Source of the DNA: a virus
Lineage: Duplodnaviria; Heunggongvirae; Uroviricota; Caudoviricetes
Length of the DNA stretch: 64,000 nucleotides
Virus record (IMG/VR): IMGVR_UViG_3300028797_000096
Coordinates: 77,860 to 141,859 of that record
Direction: 5' to 3' (one strand)
The translations under genes and the position numbers were made by a program. Of the stretch, positions 19,306-28,870 are shown piece by piece. Within the stretch, counting starts at the first letter, position 1, and each line of letters begins with the position of its first letter. Under the pieces are notes generated by a model that made no database searches, was not told where the DNA came from, and saw only the letters and a program-made list of their open reading frames with translations.

Positions 19306-19665
19306 ATGGGAATATATATAGAAGCTGAGAATTATTTGCAGATGAATATACCTAGACTGCTTGGTGAATTGACTAAAGCAGATAAAGAATGTTATGGGTG
19401 TAATATATGTGTATTTGCACCTTTTGGAAAAGAATATAAAGGTTTTAGTACAGTAAGTATATGTATATTGAATATTAGGTTAGCGTATAAACCGGAGATA
19501 TTAGCATATATTAGAGAAAAATTTGGATTTGAGGATGCATGGATATATAAAGATGATGATCATATATTAGATAAGTCAGGTATCTTTGGTAATCTTAATC
19601 TAGCATATAAAATACCAATAAGTTTAGTTGAGCAGCTTGCGGTATTATATAAGATAACTATTTAA
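19306..19665 (+). CDS. paralog family D small protein
   Basis: 119 aa; tandem paralog of 19695..20057 (YI.AENY.Q.N...L.ELTK.DKE.Y ... LAY..PI.L.E.LA.LYK..I). Confidence 0.55.
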   Translation: MGIYIEAENYLQMNIPRLLGELTKADKECYGCNICVFAPFGKEYKGFSTVSICILNIRLAYKPEILAYIREKFGFEDAWIYKDDDHILDKSGIFGNLNLAYKIPISLVEQLAVLYKITI

Positions 19666-19694
19666 TTCATATAGTAAATAAAAAGGATTTAAAT

Positions 19695-20057
19695 ATGTTA
19701 ATATATATACCTGCAGAGAATTATATACAGTTAAATTTATCTAAGATGCTTTCTGAATTGACAAAAGATGATAAAGAATCCTATGCACTTAGTATAAATG
19801 TATTTAAAATACCTTTTGGGGCAGAAAATGCAGATTTTTCTATGGTATATATAAGGGTAATGAATATTAAATTAGAGCATAAACAAAACTTTTTAGATAT
19901 ACTTAGAGAAAACTTTGGGTTAGATCCTATGTGGTTAACTAAAGATGAAGATTATATATATGAAAACGATGAAACAATAGCAAATTATAATTTAGCATAT
20001 CAAGTTCCGATTGGTTTAATTGAAAAGTTAGCGCTATTATATAAGTTAGCTATTTAA
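19695..20057 (+). CDS. paralog family D small protein
   Basis: 120 aa, tandem duplicate of previous gene. Confidence 0.55.
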   Translation: MLIYIPAENYIQLNLSKMLSELTKDDKESYALSINVFKIPFGAENADFSMVYIRVMNIKLEHKQNFLDILRENFGLDPMWLTKDEDYIYENDETIANYNLAYQVPIGLIEKLALLYKLAI

Positions 20058-20134
20058 TTGGTATAGTAAAATATACAGTAAAATCAAAGACTTAGACTTA
20101 GAATGTTTAAGTTTTTTAATTTTTTGAATTTTTT

Positions 20135-20165
20135 GCTTTACTTTTAATAAAAATTAATGTAAGAT
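20135..20165 (+). promoter_or_regulatory. phage promoter GCTTTAC-N18-TAAGAT
   Basis: ttttGCTTTACttttaataaaaattaatgTAAGAT, 16 nt before ATG 20181. Confidence 0.45.
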
Positions 20166-20180
20166 TGTAATAACTCAATA

Positions 20181-20516
20181 ATGAGTAATAGTAAAAAGGA
20201 CATGGAAATGAATAATGAAAATGTAATTTTTAATAAAGAAACAGTAGATACTGAAACTTTAAAGAAGTTAGGCATAAAATCTACTACAAGTACTTTGAAC
20301 TTAACGATACATGAAAAGCGCGTATTGGAATTGTTTAAAGATAAAGATACTGAATTGACTGTTGTTGATATAGTGTTGGGTTATTATAATAAATATACCA
20401 AAGACCATAGTAAAGAAAAGTTGATAAACCGAAATTACATGGGTTTAATTGTTTATAGAATGGCTCAAAAGAAGTTATTAAAAGCAGTTAAAAGAGGTGT
20501 ATATAAACTAATTTAA
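20181..20516 (+). CDS. hypothetical protein
   Basis: 111 aa; GCTTTAC promoter motif 40 nt upstream. Confidence 0.5.
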   Translation: MSNSKKDMEMNNENVIFNKETVDTETLKKLGIKSTTSTLNLTIHEKRVLELFKDKDTELTVVDIVLGYYNKYTKDHSKEKLINRNYMGLIVYRMAQKKLLKAVKRGVYKLI

Positions 20517-20530
20517 TAAAAAGATTAAAA

Positions 20531-21127
20531 ATGGAAAATAAAAGTAAAAAAAGATATTTATATATTGCAACAAATCCATGCTTATATGGATTTATTAAAA
20601 TTGGTATAACTAATAGTATAAATGGTAGAAAAGCTACTTTATCAAATACTAGTGTGTTAGAAGATTTTGAATTTGTTGCTTTATTTGAATGCCAAGATGC
20701 TGAAAAAAATGAAAAAGCTTTACATAAAGCTTTTGCTGCATATAGACATTATACCAGAACTGGTCGTGAAACAGAATTTTTTAGTGCAGATAAATTAGAT
20801 GAAGTTTTAAGTTTTGCTAGAACATCTTTACCTGGAAGTAAAGAAATTACACCTAATTCTACTAAAAAACGCCGTAATAATACTACGTTTGCTATGTTGA
20901 ATATTCCAATTGGTGCTAAGATTTATTATATGAATTGTCAATTACCAGCATGTACTGGTATTGTAATGCCAAAGAATAAAGTTCAATTTCCAGGTTTCGA
21001 TAAACCAGAAAGTGTATCAAAAATTGCCGGTAAATTAGCACCTGCAGATAAAACTAATTCTTTAAATGGTTATCAATTATTTTATTACAACAATAAAACT
21101 TTAGAAGAATTAAGACCAAACGAGTAA
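20531..21127 (+). CDS. T5orf172 / GIY-YIG-like domain protein
   Basis: N-terminal YLYIATNPCLYGFIKIGITNSINGRKATLSNTSVLEDFEFVALFEC...LHKAFAAYR matches the T5orf172 (MUG113-like) pattern. Confidence 0.55.
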   Translation: MENKSKKRYLYIATNPCLYGFIKIGITNSINGRKATLSNTSVLEDFEFVALFECQDAEKNEKALHKAFAAYRHYTRTGRETEFFSADKLDEVLSFARTSLPGSKEITPNSTKKRRNNTTFAMLNIPIGAKIYYMNCQLPACTGIVMPKNKVQFPGFDKPESVSKIAGKLAPADKTNSLNGYQLFYYNNKTLEELRPNE

Positions 21128-21211
21128 TATAATCAAGTCAAAAAGCTTAGATAGAAATATTTAGGCTTTTGACTTTACTATTTAATAAATATATATTATA
21201 ATAAAAATATA

Positions 21212-21607
21212 TTGGGGTTAATAAATAAAATGTCTAATTCTGGAAGATTTATTAAAGGACATAAAACTTGGAATAAAGGCCTTTTTGGTTGGCAAGGGGC
21301 TAATGCTACTAGTTTTACTAAAAAAGATATTGAAGCTAGACGTATTATTGGTAAGCCCAGAAAAGGTCGAGATGGTATGGTATGTAGTAGTGAAGAGAAA
21401 GTACCTGTAAGAAGCCGTAATGGTAAAGTATATATGCACCAGCGCAGAGTAAGTTATAGTAAATGGCTTATGGAAAAGGAATTAGGTAGAAAATTAAAAA
21501 GCAATGAAGTAGTTTATCATATAGATGGGGATAAGTTTAATAACGATTTAAATAATCTTGAAGTTATTACTAGAGCTGAATTATTAAAAAGAAATGGTAG
21601 GAGATAA
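21212..21607 (+). CDS. HNH_3 homing endonuclease
   Basis: FIKGHKTWNKG N-terminal motif and VVYHIDGDKFNNDLNNLEVITRAE HNH_3 motif. Confidence 0.6.
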   Translation: MGLINKMSNSGRFIKGHKTWNKGLFGWQGANATSFTKKDIEARRIIGKPRKGRDGMVCSSEEKVPVRSRNGKVYMHQRRVSYSKWLMEKELGRKLKSNEVVYHIDGDKFNNDLNNLEVITRAELLKRNGRR

Positions 21608-21609
21608 TT

Positions 21610-21984
21610 ATGATGACAGATACAGAAATTGCTACCGCAATAGTTTTTTATCTTTCTAATAAATTGAATATTAATGCAATTCCACAAGATTATACTAATG
21701 ATATTGCGTCTATAAGTCTTAATTATACTCCAAGTGATAAGGTTTTTAGTGTAGCATTAGATATAACTCATCATTTAACTAGTAAAGAAAATATTAATGA
21801 AATAGTAGAAAGAAATATAAAATGGTTTAATAATGATACAAAACGGAAATTAGGCTTAGATAAGCCAAGTCGAATATATAAAGATCTTATAAGTCAAAGT
21901 TGGATGCTTGCTAAAGTAATATTAATGTATGATTTAACAGAAGATATAGAAAATACTTTACTTGTATTATCTAAAATACAATAA
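21610..21984 (+). CDS. paralog family D-related small protein
   Basis: 124 aa; C-terminal ...ENTLLVLSKIQ tail shared with 22043, 22402, 19306 and 19695 proteins. Confidence 0.5.
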   Translation: MMTDTEIATAIVFYLSNKLNINAIPQDYTNDIASISLNYTPSDKVFSVALDITHHLTSKENINEIVERNIKWFNNDTKRKLGLDKPSRIYKDLISQSWMLAKVILMYDLTEDIENTLLVLSKIQ

Positions 21985-22042
21985 TTTGTTTTACATTTAA
22001 TTTGTAGCAAGTTATTATTTAAATAGATTAAAAGGTCATTCT

Positions 22043-22399
22043 ATGATATATAATAAAGAATATTTTGATATTGAAAAACTTTTGACACACTATATTCAAG
22101 ATGAATTAGGTGAAACAAAAGTTAATTTTCATATTAATTTTGCAGTTAAAGATACTTTACCAGAGCCTTATAATTATAAAGAATATCCGCCTTATATTAG
22201 AGTTGCTATAAGATCTAATGTATTAAATATAGAAGCTCAGTTGTGGATAAAAAATTGGTTTAAAAATACATTTGGATTAGATAAACCACATTTAGAAAGG
22301 GAATATGCGCATAGTAGTAAAGAAATTTTATATGAGATTTTATATAAAGTACCTGAAGAATTATATGATAAATTAAAAGTATTAAGTAAGATCAATTAG
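22043..22399 (+). CDS. paralog family D-related small protein
   Basis: 118 aa; C-terminal YDKLKVLSKIN. Confidence 0.5.
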   Translation: MIYNKEYFDIEKLLTHYIQDELGETKVNFHINFAVKDTLPEPYNYKEYPPYIRVAIRSNVLNIEAQLWIKNWFKNTFGLDKPHLEREYAHSSKEILYEILYKVPEELYDKLKVLSKIN

Positions 22400-22401
22400 T
22401 T

Positions 22402-22845
22402 ATGAAGACAGATAGAGATTTTTTGATAGAAGCTTTAAGAACGTATGTGGATACTAATGTCCGCAGCTGTTTTTATTGGAATAGTTTAAGTAGTTATGTA
22501 TATATTACAGATATATCTGAACTTAAAGTTAGAATTGAATTATCTTTTGGTATATCAAAGAATAAATATCTTAAAAGTTTTCGTAGATTTGCTATTAATA
22601 AACTAATTGAAAATTTAGAAAAAGATTTAGGTATTAAAAGTAAATTCAAAACAGATGTTAAATATAGTGAAGCTAGAATAATTGAAGATACATGGGGTTC
22701 AAAAGTAAATTATTGTGATATTAATGTTAAATACTTAATACCACGTGATTTATATAACAAATTAGAAATTTTAGCTAAAATAGATAAAGAAAGTATTATA
22801 GCTATGGCAAATGAACATGTTAAATGTTCGGAGGTTTTAGTATGA
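22402..22845 (+). CDS. paralog family D-related small protein
   Basis: 147 aa; LYNKLEILAKIDKES tail. Confidence 0.5.
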   Translation: MKTDRDFLIEALRTYVDTNVRSCFYWNSLSSYVYITDISELKVRIELSFGISKNKYLKSFRRFAINKLIENLEKDLGIKSKFKTDVKYSEARIIEDTWGSKVNYCDINVKYLIPRDLYNKLEILAKIDKESIIAMANEHVKCSEVLV

Positions 22846-23216
22846 GTAATTTCTTTGTACCTTATGGTAAATGGGTAATTTGTCATGCTTTAAAAGATTA
22901 TCTAGAAAGTTTAATTTTTCCTATTCCTAATACTGATGAAGCAATTCCTGGTAAATCTTTAGGAATAGCAGATATAATTGTAGGAACTGTTAATGCTCAA
23001 TTAAATAATGTATCTATTGTAGTTTTATTTCATAATGACTGGAGTCCTAATAATTTAGAGTTTGAATTAGTAGAAAAACATCTTAGTAACTTATTAAAAG
23101 ATTGGAATAAAGTTATAGATTTTAAGCACAACGGTATAGAGTTTATTGGTAATACCGAGTTAATGACTAATTTAGGCAATTTTTTAAGAATGGGTGGATA
23201 TATTGTTGTAAAATAA
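22842..23216 (+). CDS. hypothetical protein
   Basis: ATG at 22842 (MSNFFVPYG...) preferred over overlapping upstream start at 22824. Confidence 0.5.
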   Translation: MSNFFVPYGKWVICHALKDYLESLIFPIPNTDEAIPGKSLGIADIIVGTVNAQLNNVSIVVLFHNDWSPNNLEFELVEKHLSNLLKDWNKVIDFKHNGIEFIGNTELMTNLGNFLRMGGYIVVK

Positions 23217-23254
23217 GCTTAAAATTTATATAACAAAAAGTTTATTGTTTTTCT

Positions 23255-23285
23255 GCTTTACTTTTAATATTTTATATACTATTAT
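23255..23285 (+). promoter_or_regulatory. phage promoter GCTTTAC-N18-TATTAT
   Basis: ctGCTTTACttttaatattttatatacTATTAT. Confidence 0.45.
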
Positions 23286-23317
23286 AATAATATAGTTAAA
23301 AACCAAAAGGGGTAAAA

Positions 23318-23650
23318 ATGGCAACAAATCATAATATGACATTAAAACAACCTTATTTTAATTTGATTAAAGAAGGTAAAAAAACTATTGAATTACGTTT
23401 ATATGATGCTAAAAGACGTAAAATTGAAATTGGAGACACTATTACTTTTCAAAATGGTGATAATTTTCATACAGTACAAGTAAAAGGCTTTTTTACTGCA
23501 CCTACTTTTAAAGAATTGTTTAGATATATTGATCCTAAATATGCTGGATTGGGAACTGTTGAAAATGCGATTAAGATTATGGAACAGTTTTATGATAAAG
23601 AAGCACAAGGTAAATTTGGTGTAGTAGGTATTTGTATAGAAAATATATAA
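23318..23650 (+). CDS. ASCH/PUA-like domain protein
   Basis: 110 aa; LKQPYFNLIKEGKKTIELRLYDAKRRKIEIGDTITFQNG resembles the ASCH domain. Confidence 0.45.
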   Translation: MATNHNMTLKQPYFNLIKEGKKTIELRLYDAKRRKIEIGDTITFQNGDNFHTVQVKGFFTAPTFKELFRYIDPKYAGLGTVENAIKIMEQFYDKEAQGKFGVVGICIENI

Positions 23651-23663
23651 TAAAGGATTTTAA

Positions 23664-24182
23664 ATGAGTACTATTTCTTATGAATTATCAAATGTCTATA
23701 ATCCAAAGCATGAACCATTTTATGGACAAGTTGCTTGGTTAACTAGAGATATTTTGGACAGTTATGAAGGGCATTGGGATTGGTTACAATATAAATTCTT
23801 TCCGGGATTAAAAGAAGGTAAACGTGGGTATAGCTTTGCAATAGATCCATATTCTAAGCAAGTAATTACTACTAAAAGAGGTATTATTCCTGTATATACC
23901 TTAGCGGGTTGTGCTTTATTAAAAGATGAACCAGATGAAAAAAAATTATGTTGTTTATTTGTAGATCCAAATTATAGAGGTCAAAAAATTGCAAGTAAAT
24001 TGATTGAAGATAGTTTCGAAGTATTGAAAACGAATAAACCAGTTATGACAGTATCTCAACAGAATTTAAGTATGTTACAGAAACTGATTGATAGATATGG
24101 TTTTGAATTAACATCAGTTAAAGAATCTGTATACAAACCTGGTATTAAAGAATATTTTTATAATGAAGGTTTAGCTAGATAA
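23664..24182 (+). CDS. GNAT family acetyltransferase
   Basis: motif A-like CCLFVDPNYRGQKIASKLIEDS. Confidence 0.5.
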   Translation: MSTISYELSNVYNPKHEPFYGQVAWLTRDILDSYEGHWDWLQYKFFPGLKEGKRGYSFAIDPYSKQVITTKRGIIPVYTLAGCALLKDEPDEKKLCCLFVDPNYRGQKIASKLIEDSFEVLKTNKPVMTVSQQNLSMLQKLIDRYGFELTSVKESVYKPGIKEYFYNEGLAR

Positions 24183-24199
24183 ATTAAAAAGGATATTAA

Positions 24200-24499
24200 A
24201 TGTTAAAAAATAGTAGTATTGAAATTATTAAAAACGCTTTAGAAACAAATAATGAAGAACATGTTGCATTTCTTTCACAAAGATGTATTGAATTTGTTGA
24301 TAAAATAAAAGAAATATGTAAAGACGATGAAGAAGGTCCTGAAAAAGAAAGAGTTATTTCTATATTAATAGATAAGTGTTTAGCTGTCATAAGAAGCGAT
24401 ATAGAAAAAAGGATAAATGGACAAAATAAAGAATTTGTGTCTAAAATGTGTGAAGTTTTAGCTAATGTAAGTAGGAATGAATTATTAAAAAATCAATAG
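24200..24499 (+). CDS. hypothetical protein
   Basis: 99-aa ORF. Confidence 0.5.
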   Translation: MLKNSSIEIIKNALETNNEEHVAFLSQRCIEFVDKIKEICKDDEEGPEKERVISILIDKCLAVIRSDIEKRINGQNKEFVSKMCEVLANVSRNELLKNQ

Positions 24500-24501
24500 T
24501 T

Positions 24502-24909
24502 TTAGAATTTATTCCAAGGTTTACCGTTTTTATCAATATAAGTAAAAGGTCTAACTTCTATAGAATAATCTATTGGATATCCTACTAGAAAATTATATTC
24601 ATCGTCATATTTAAGTAACTTTGAATATATTTCTTTTGTGTCAGGTACTGATGGACCAGCATATTCTGAAAGATCTTTATGAATAAGATTGGCTAGAGTT
24701 TTTCTAGCTTCTTTTTTATTTTTATATAAGATAGCCTCTTCTTTAGAATTCACCCAACTACTACCATTATAATAAAGTGTAGGACCAGGAATATCTTTTG
24801 CATTTTGTTTTAATGCATATACTTCATGCTTTAATGTGATATATTCTTTTAAAGTATTTTCTAATAACGATCTTAGCTTACTCATATAAAAATCCTTGAT
24901 TCTATTCAC
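24502..24909 (-). CDS. hypothetical protein (minus strand)
   Basis: 135-aa ORF on minus strand in a gap between plus-strand genes. Confidence 0.5.
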   Translation of the reverse strand: MNRIKDFYMSKLRSLLENTLKEYITLKHEVYALKQNAKDIPGPTLYYNGSSWVNSKEEAILYKNKKEARKTLANLIHKDLSEYAGPSVPDTKEIYSKLLKYDDEYNFLVGYPIDYSIEVRPFTYIDKNGKPWNKF

Positions 24910-24946
24910 TTATAATAGAACTTAGTTACAAAGAATTAAATTTTTT

Positions 24947-24977
24947 GCTTTACTTTTTAAAACGATTATTGTATATT
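24947..24977 (+). promoter_or_regulatory. phage promoter GCTTTAC-N18-TATATT
   Basis: ttttttGCTTTACtttttaaaacgattattgTATATT upstream of the sigma-r4-like gene. Confidence 0.45.
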
Positions 24978-25001
24978 TAACATAAAATAAAGGTATTAAA
25001 A

Positions 25002-26195
25002 ATGGATGAGCAATTAAAAAAAGCTGTTACACAATTATTAAAAAAAGATTTTTCTCTTGATTGGATTTGTAATTCTTTAAATTTAAAAAGAGAAGATGTA
25101 TTAAAAGCTTTTTCTAATGATAAAAAAGGCAAACCTAGTGTAATCACGAAAGAACTTAAACAATTAAAAACTTTAAATAGATTACAAATAAAAGAAACTA
25201 AAGCTAAATTTAAACAAGCCATTATTAATAGAGTTATAGAAACATATAAAAATTATCCAGAGTTATCAGTTAAAGAAAAAGCTATTAAAGCGGGTATAGA
25301 ATTTTCACGCTTTACTAATATTTCACATAAATTAGGTTTAAAACAACCTCAATATATACCACCTTTAGAAAAAAGAAAACAAAAACAGGCAATTAGAGAT
25401 ATGTATAGTAAAGGTATTTATACATATCAAGCTGTTGCAGATAAATTTGGAATTACAAGAGAACGAGTTCGTCAAATTGTTTCAGATATTTATACAGAGT
25501 TTAAAGCTCAAGGCAAAACACATAAAATTGTTAAAAAAGTATTGTGTGGTAAAAATTCACCTTCATATAAAAAAAGTTTAGAAAATTATAATGATATGAT
25601 TAATGTGTTTAAAATTGCAAAAATACATTATAATAAAAGTATATTAAATTTAAATGAAATAACCATTGCTTACCATAATTTGTATGGTAAAAAAAAGAAA
25701 ATTAAACCTAGTCATTTGATTTGGGCAAGTTTGTATAAATATATAAATAATAATGAATTAAAAGAAAATGGTGTAGAAATTAAAAGAATAGATAAAAATA
25801 AATATACTTTATTAATAGACAAACCTTTAAATAAAGAGGAAATTCCAATGATAGAAAATTTGTTTACAGTAAGTGAAAGTGAAGCAAAAAAATTAAAATT
25901 GTCTTCTTATACTATAAATATATATAGAAGTATGGAATTTTTGCGTGTGTTTTGGATTGCTTTAAAAGATTATAATAAAGATAAATTAACATTAAATGAA
26001 TTAACTACTGCTTATTATAATTTATATGGAGCTAAAAATTCAGCTAAAGTATTAACCAGAAAACAAATTAGTACAAAATTACATAATATTCGGCATAGAG
26101 AAAATTGTAGTTATATAGAAAATGTCAAAAATGCCAAAGGATTATATAGATTAACCGAAGCAGGTAAAGATTATGCTGCTAAAATGTTTAAGTAA
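25002..26195 (+). CDS. sigma-70 region-4-like HTH protein with internal tandem repeat
   Basis: KQAIRDMYSKGIYTYQAVADKFGITRERVRQIVSD closely resembles sigma70 region 4.2 (VTRERIRQIEAKAL); internal repeat LNEITIAYHNLYGKKKK / LNELTTAYYNLYGAKNS; GCTTTAC promoter upstream. Confidence 0.55.
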   Translation: MDEQLKKAVTQLLKKDFSLDWICNSLNLKREDVLKAFSNDKKGKPSVITKELKQLKTLNRLQIKETKAKFKQAIINRVIETYKNYPELSVKEKAIKAGIEFSRFTNISHKLGLKQPQYIPPLEKRKQKQAIRDMYSKGIYTYQAVADKFGITRERVRQIVSDIYTEFKAQGKTHKIVKKVLCGKNSPSYKKSLENYNDMINVFKIAKIHYNKSILNLNEITIAYHNLYGKKKKIKPSHLIWASLYKYINNNELKENGVEIKRIDKNKYTLLIDKPLNKEEIPMIENLFTVSESEAKKLKLSSYTINIYRSMEFLRVFWIALKDYNKDKLTLNELTTAYYNLYGAKNSAKVLTRKQISTKLHNIRHRENCSYIENVKNAKGLYRLTEAGKDYAAKMFK

Positions 26196-26206
26196 AGGAG
26201 TAAGAT

Positions 26207-26518
26207 ATGTTACCTTCTAGTGAAAAATATTTAATGCAAAGATATGAAAAGAAAGAAGATTTTGAATATTTACGCGGTTTAATTGATACTTGTATAAAAG
26301 CTTATAATGAAATATCTAAAGAATTAATTAATGGTGAAATAACCATAGATGATAAAAAATACAGTGAATTTGATTTACGTATGGGTATGGTTCAAGCTTG
26401 CATGGGAATGATTACAGATAAAGCAGAAGAAATTAAATGCAAACCAAATCCTGAAACATTAGAAGATATTAAAAAAGTTTTAACTAATGAATTAATCAGT
26501 GAATTTATGGAAGATTAA
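26207..26518 (+). CDS. hypothetical protein
   Basis: 103 aa, SD aaaggagtaagatATG. Confidence 0.5.
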   Translation: MLPSSEKYLMQRYEKKEDFEYLRGLIDTCIKAYNEISKELINGEITIDDKKYSEFDLRMGMVQACMGMITDKAEEIKCKPNPETLEDIKKVLTNELISEFMED

Positions 26519-26519
26519 A

Positions 26520-26924
26520 ATGCATGAATTAGAAAATACTAGATTTAAAAAAATATCAACCTCTTCTGGTGATTGGCTTATTTATGAAAATGGAGATGTT
26601 GAAAGTTATAATATTTTTAATTTTTATTATTCTATTCATCTATTTTGGCCGCCTAAAGAACAGCCTATTGTGCTAAGTGGAAAATATGTAGAATTTCCTC
26701 ATTCGGATTATTTAGTTTATGATAATAATAAATTTAGTTATTTTAAACTTATTAAAAATCCTGATACATTTAATTATTTATCACCAATGTATTATGAATT
26801 GGTTTGGGAATGCGATAATAAAGATTTAATTAAATTTTATATAAAATTAATAGATTCAGGTTTAACTATAGATTCAGTAGTATTAGAAGAATTTTTAAAT
26901 ATGGCAAAAAAATTAAAGGCCTAA
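26520..26924 (+). CDS. hypothetical protein
   Basis: ATG 26520 (MHELENT...) preferred over overlapping start 26499. Confidence 0.5.
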   Translation: MHELENTRFKKISTSSGDWLIYENGDVESYNIFNFYYSIHLFWPPKEQPIVLSGKYVEFPHSDYLVYDNNKFSYFKLIKNPDTFNYLSPMYYELVWECDNKDLIKFYIKLIDSGLTIDSVVLEEFLNMAKKLKA

Positions 26925-26940
26925 TTAAAGGCCTTTTTCT
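26915..26940. terminator. bidirectional hairpin between convergent genes
   Basis: AAAGGCC-taattaaa-GGCCTTT with T-run; lies between 26520..26924(+) and 26942..27442(-). Confidence 0.55.
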
Positions 26941-26941
26941 T

Positions 26942-27442
26942 TTATCTTACTATATCCCAGAAAGAATACTCTTTAGTTCCTACTCTTATTACAGTAAAAT
27001 TCATAAATGGAAATTCACCAGATCCAAAGAAAGCATGATAGTCTGCTTTATCATATAAAGTAATTTGATCAACAGCAACTTTATCTAATTGTCCATTCAT
27101 TACCAATTGTTCTTCCATATAAGGATCTTGTGCTCCTCTTTTATCCTTTTGTCTTTCCAGATAAGTTACAAATCTATCCCATAAATCTGTTACACAAGTT
27201 TCAAACATTAAATTTTTAGTATTAAATGTAATATTCTTGTGTGTATTATACATATTACGAAATACAGTATAATTATCTAAGCAAGATAAATTAACTGGAT
27301 ATTTTTCTGAATCTTGTTTACGTTGATGGAAAATTTTTATGAAGTTTTCACAAAATTGTTCTTTACAAACAGATATGACATTATCAATATCATAATCTTC
27401 ACGAAATGCCCAGAAATCGAGGGCAGTAGTCTCTTTTAACAT
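26942..27442 (-). CDS. hypothetical protein (minus strand)
   Basis: 166-aa minus-strand ORF convergent with 26520..26924; bidirectional hairpin between them. Confidence 0.5.
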   Translation of the reverse strand: MLKETTALDFWAFREDYDIDNVISVCKEQFCENFIKIFHQRKQDSEKYPVNLSCLDNYTVFRNMYNTHKNITFNTKNLMFETCVTDLWDRFVTYLERQKDKRGAQDPYMEEQLVMNGQLDKVAVDQITLYDKADYHAFFGSGEFPFMNFTVIRVGTKEYSFWDIVR

Positions 27443-27539
27443 TTTTTACTCTTTTAGTTCCGCCACTTGATATTATCGCATGGAAATTATGAAGTCGCAG
27501 TCATTGCTACTTCTTATTATATAGAACATAAATTTTATG

Positions 27540-27570
27540 GCTTTACATTATAAAATATTTAACTTATAAT
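27540..27570 (+). promoter_or_regulatory. phage promoter GCTTTAC-N18-TATAAT
   Basis: atgGCTTTACattataaaatatttaactTATAAT. Confidence 0.45.
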
Positions 27571-27596
27571 AAAAAATGTAAAATAAAGGATATTTT

Positions 27597-28274
27597 ATGA
27601 AATTTGAAAAAGAGATTACTAATACATTAAAAGTTGGTATATTATTTCAACTTTTACATAGGCATCTAATACGTGATATCGAATCTGAATATTATAAGCA
27701 AGCATATGAAGAAATGCTAAATGGTAATGCATATAGAATTAATTGGGGAATTAAAGAAGATGTACATTTTGTATTAGCTTTACGTTTAGGTAAAGGTAAT
27801 GAAGATACTCTTTTTTCAGCAGAAAAAGATGGGGATAAATTAATTATTAATATTTGGTTATCTTATTTAGAAAGTTTAGTCTTATATAGAGAAATAAACA
27901 AAAAAGCTTTTATAGTACGTAGAATTGAAAGTTTATCAAGTATAATTATTTGGTATATGCTTTCTTTACTGAATGAAGACAAACAAAATATAGATTATAA
28001 TTCAATTAATTTTGAAAAAAATACAAAAAAATTCTTTAATTTAAATAAAGTAAAGACAGCTTTTAATGGAGTTATTTCATTATGTTTATTATGTGATGAT
28101 AAAATCATAACAAAAAATACACCTAAACAAGAAGTTGTAGATGTAATAAAGCAAACAATGGAAAATGATGCTATGCTTTCAGGTATAACTAAGTATTTGG
28201 AATCTTTAAATCAATCAGGTTATGATGATTTAGTAGAATATTGTGAAGAATTATTTGAAAAAAATAAGGAGTAA
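27597..28274 (+). CDS. hypothetical protein
   Basis: 225 aa; GGCTTTAC promoter variant upstream. Confidence 0.5.
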   Translation: MKFEKEITNTLKVGILFQLLHRHLIRDIESEYYKQAYEEMLNGNAYRINWGIKEDVHFVLALRLGKGNEDTLFSAEKDGDKLIINIWLSYLESLVLYREINKKAFIVRRIESLSSIIIWYMLSLLNEDKQNIDYNSINFEKNTKKFFNLNKVKTAFNGVISLCLLCDDKIITKNTPKQEVVDVIKQTMENDAMLSGITKYLESLNQSGYDDLVEYCEELFEKNKE

Positions 28275-28277
28275 ATT

Positions 28278-28493
28278 ATGAAAAGAATTATTTTAGGGAT
28301 ATGCGATTATTTTAAAGATTGTCGTCATGATAGATTAATGAAAAAAGCAGAAAAACTTAATTGTAAGTTATATGAACCAGCTTCTAGATTATTTAAAAAG
28401 AATATAGTTGGTTATGTAGTATCATCAGAATGGAAAGAAGGACCAATGATTTACTATATTTTACAACGATTTATGAAACGGAAAAAATTTTAA
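28278..28493 (+). CDS. hypothetical protein
   Basis: 71 aa, SD aataaggagtaaattATG. Confidence 0.45.
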   Translation: MKRIILGICDYFKDCRHDRLMKKAEKLNCKLYEPASRLFKKNIVGYVVSSEWKEGPMIYYILQRFMKRKKF

Positions 28494-28499
28494 TTTTTT

Positions 28500-28529
28500 G
28501 CTTTACTTTTTAAAAAATTACGTTATTAT
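28500..28529 (+). promoter_or_regulatory. phage promoter GCTTTAC-N17-TATTAT
   Basis: ttttttGCTTTACtttttaaaaaattacgtTATTAT. Confidence 0.4.
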
Positions 28530-28802
28530 ATATAATAAGTAAAGTGTTGAAACGGTAAGTTATTGTTTTCGTCATTTTTCTGATGTGTCTATAAACGGTT
28601 GTACTTTGTATAGTTTGTTTTTAGTCATAAATTTAATGAATGCTTTATATATTAAGCTAGCAAAAATATATAAAGTTAAACAATGATCGCTATAGGGGTA
28701 ACCTCCTTAGGATTAAATATCTGGATAGATATTAAAATCCGCTCCTATTTAGTGGAATTGAATTCATTTATCTAACATCAATTGTAATTATTTTTTATAC
28801 TT

Positions 28803-28833
28803 TAAGCTTCTTCTTTTTGAAGAAGCTTTTTTT
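28803..28833 (+). terminator. rho-independent terminator
   Basis: AAGCTTCTTC-tttttg-AAGAAGCTT then TTTTTTT, immediately followed by a promoter. Confidence 0.8.
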
Positions 28834-28863
28834 TGTTTTACTTTTAATATTTATTTGTTATAA
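28834..28863 (+). promoter_or_regulatory. phage promoter GTTTTAC-N17-TATAAT
   Basis: tttGTTTTACttttaatatttatttgtTATAAT directly after the terminator, 7 nt before ATG 28871. Confidence 0.5.
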
Positions 28864-28870
28864 TATAAAT

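Noticed and set aside
28817-28870. N-terminal extension MKKLFFVLLLIFICYNIN of ORF 28817..29377 looking like a signal peptide
   Set aside because: Encoded by a terminator hairpin, its U-run and a GTTTTAC promoter; the real start is more likely ATG 28871
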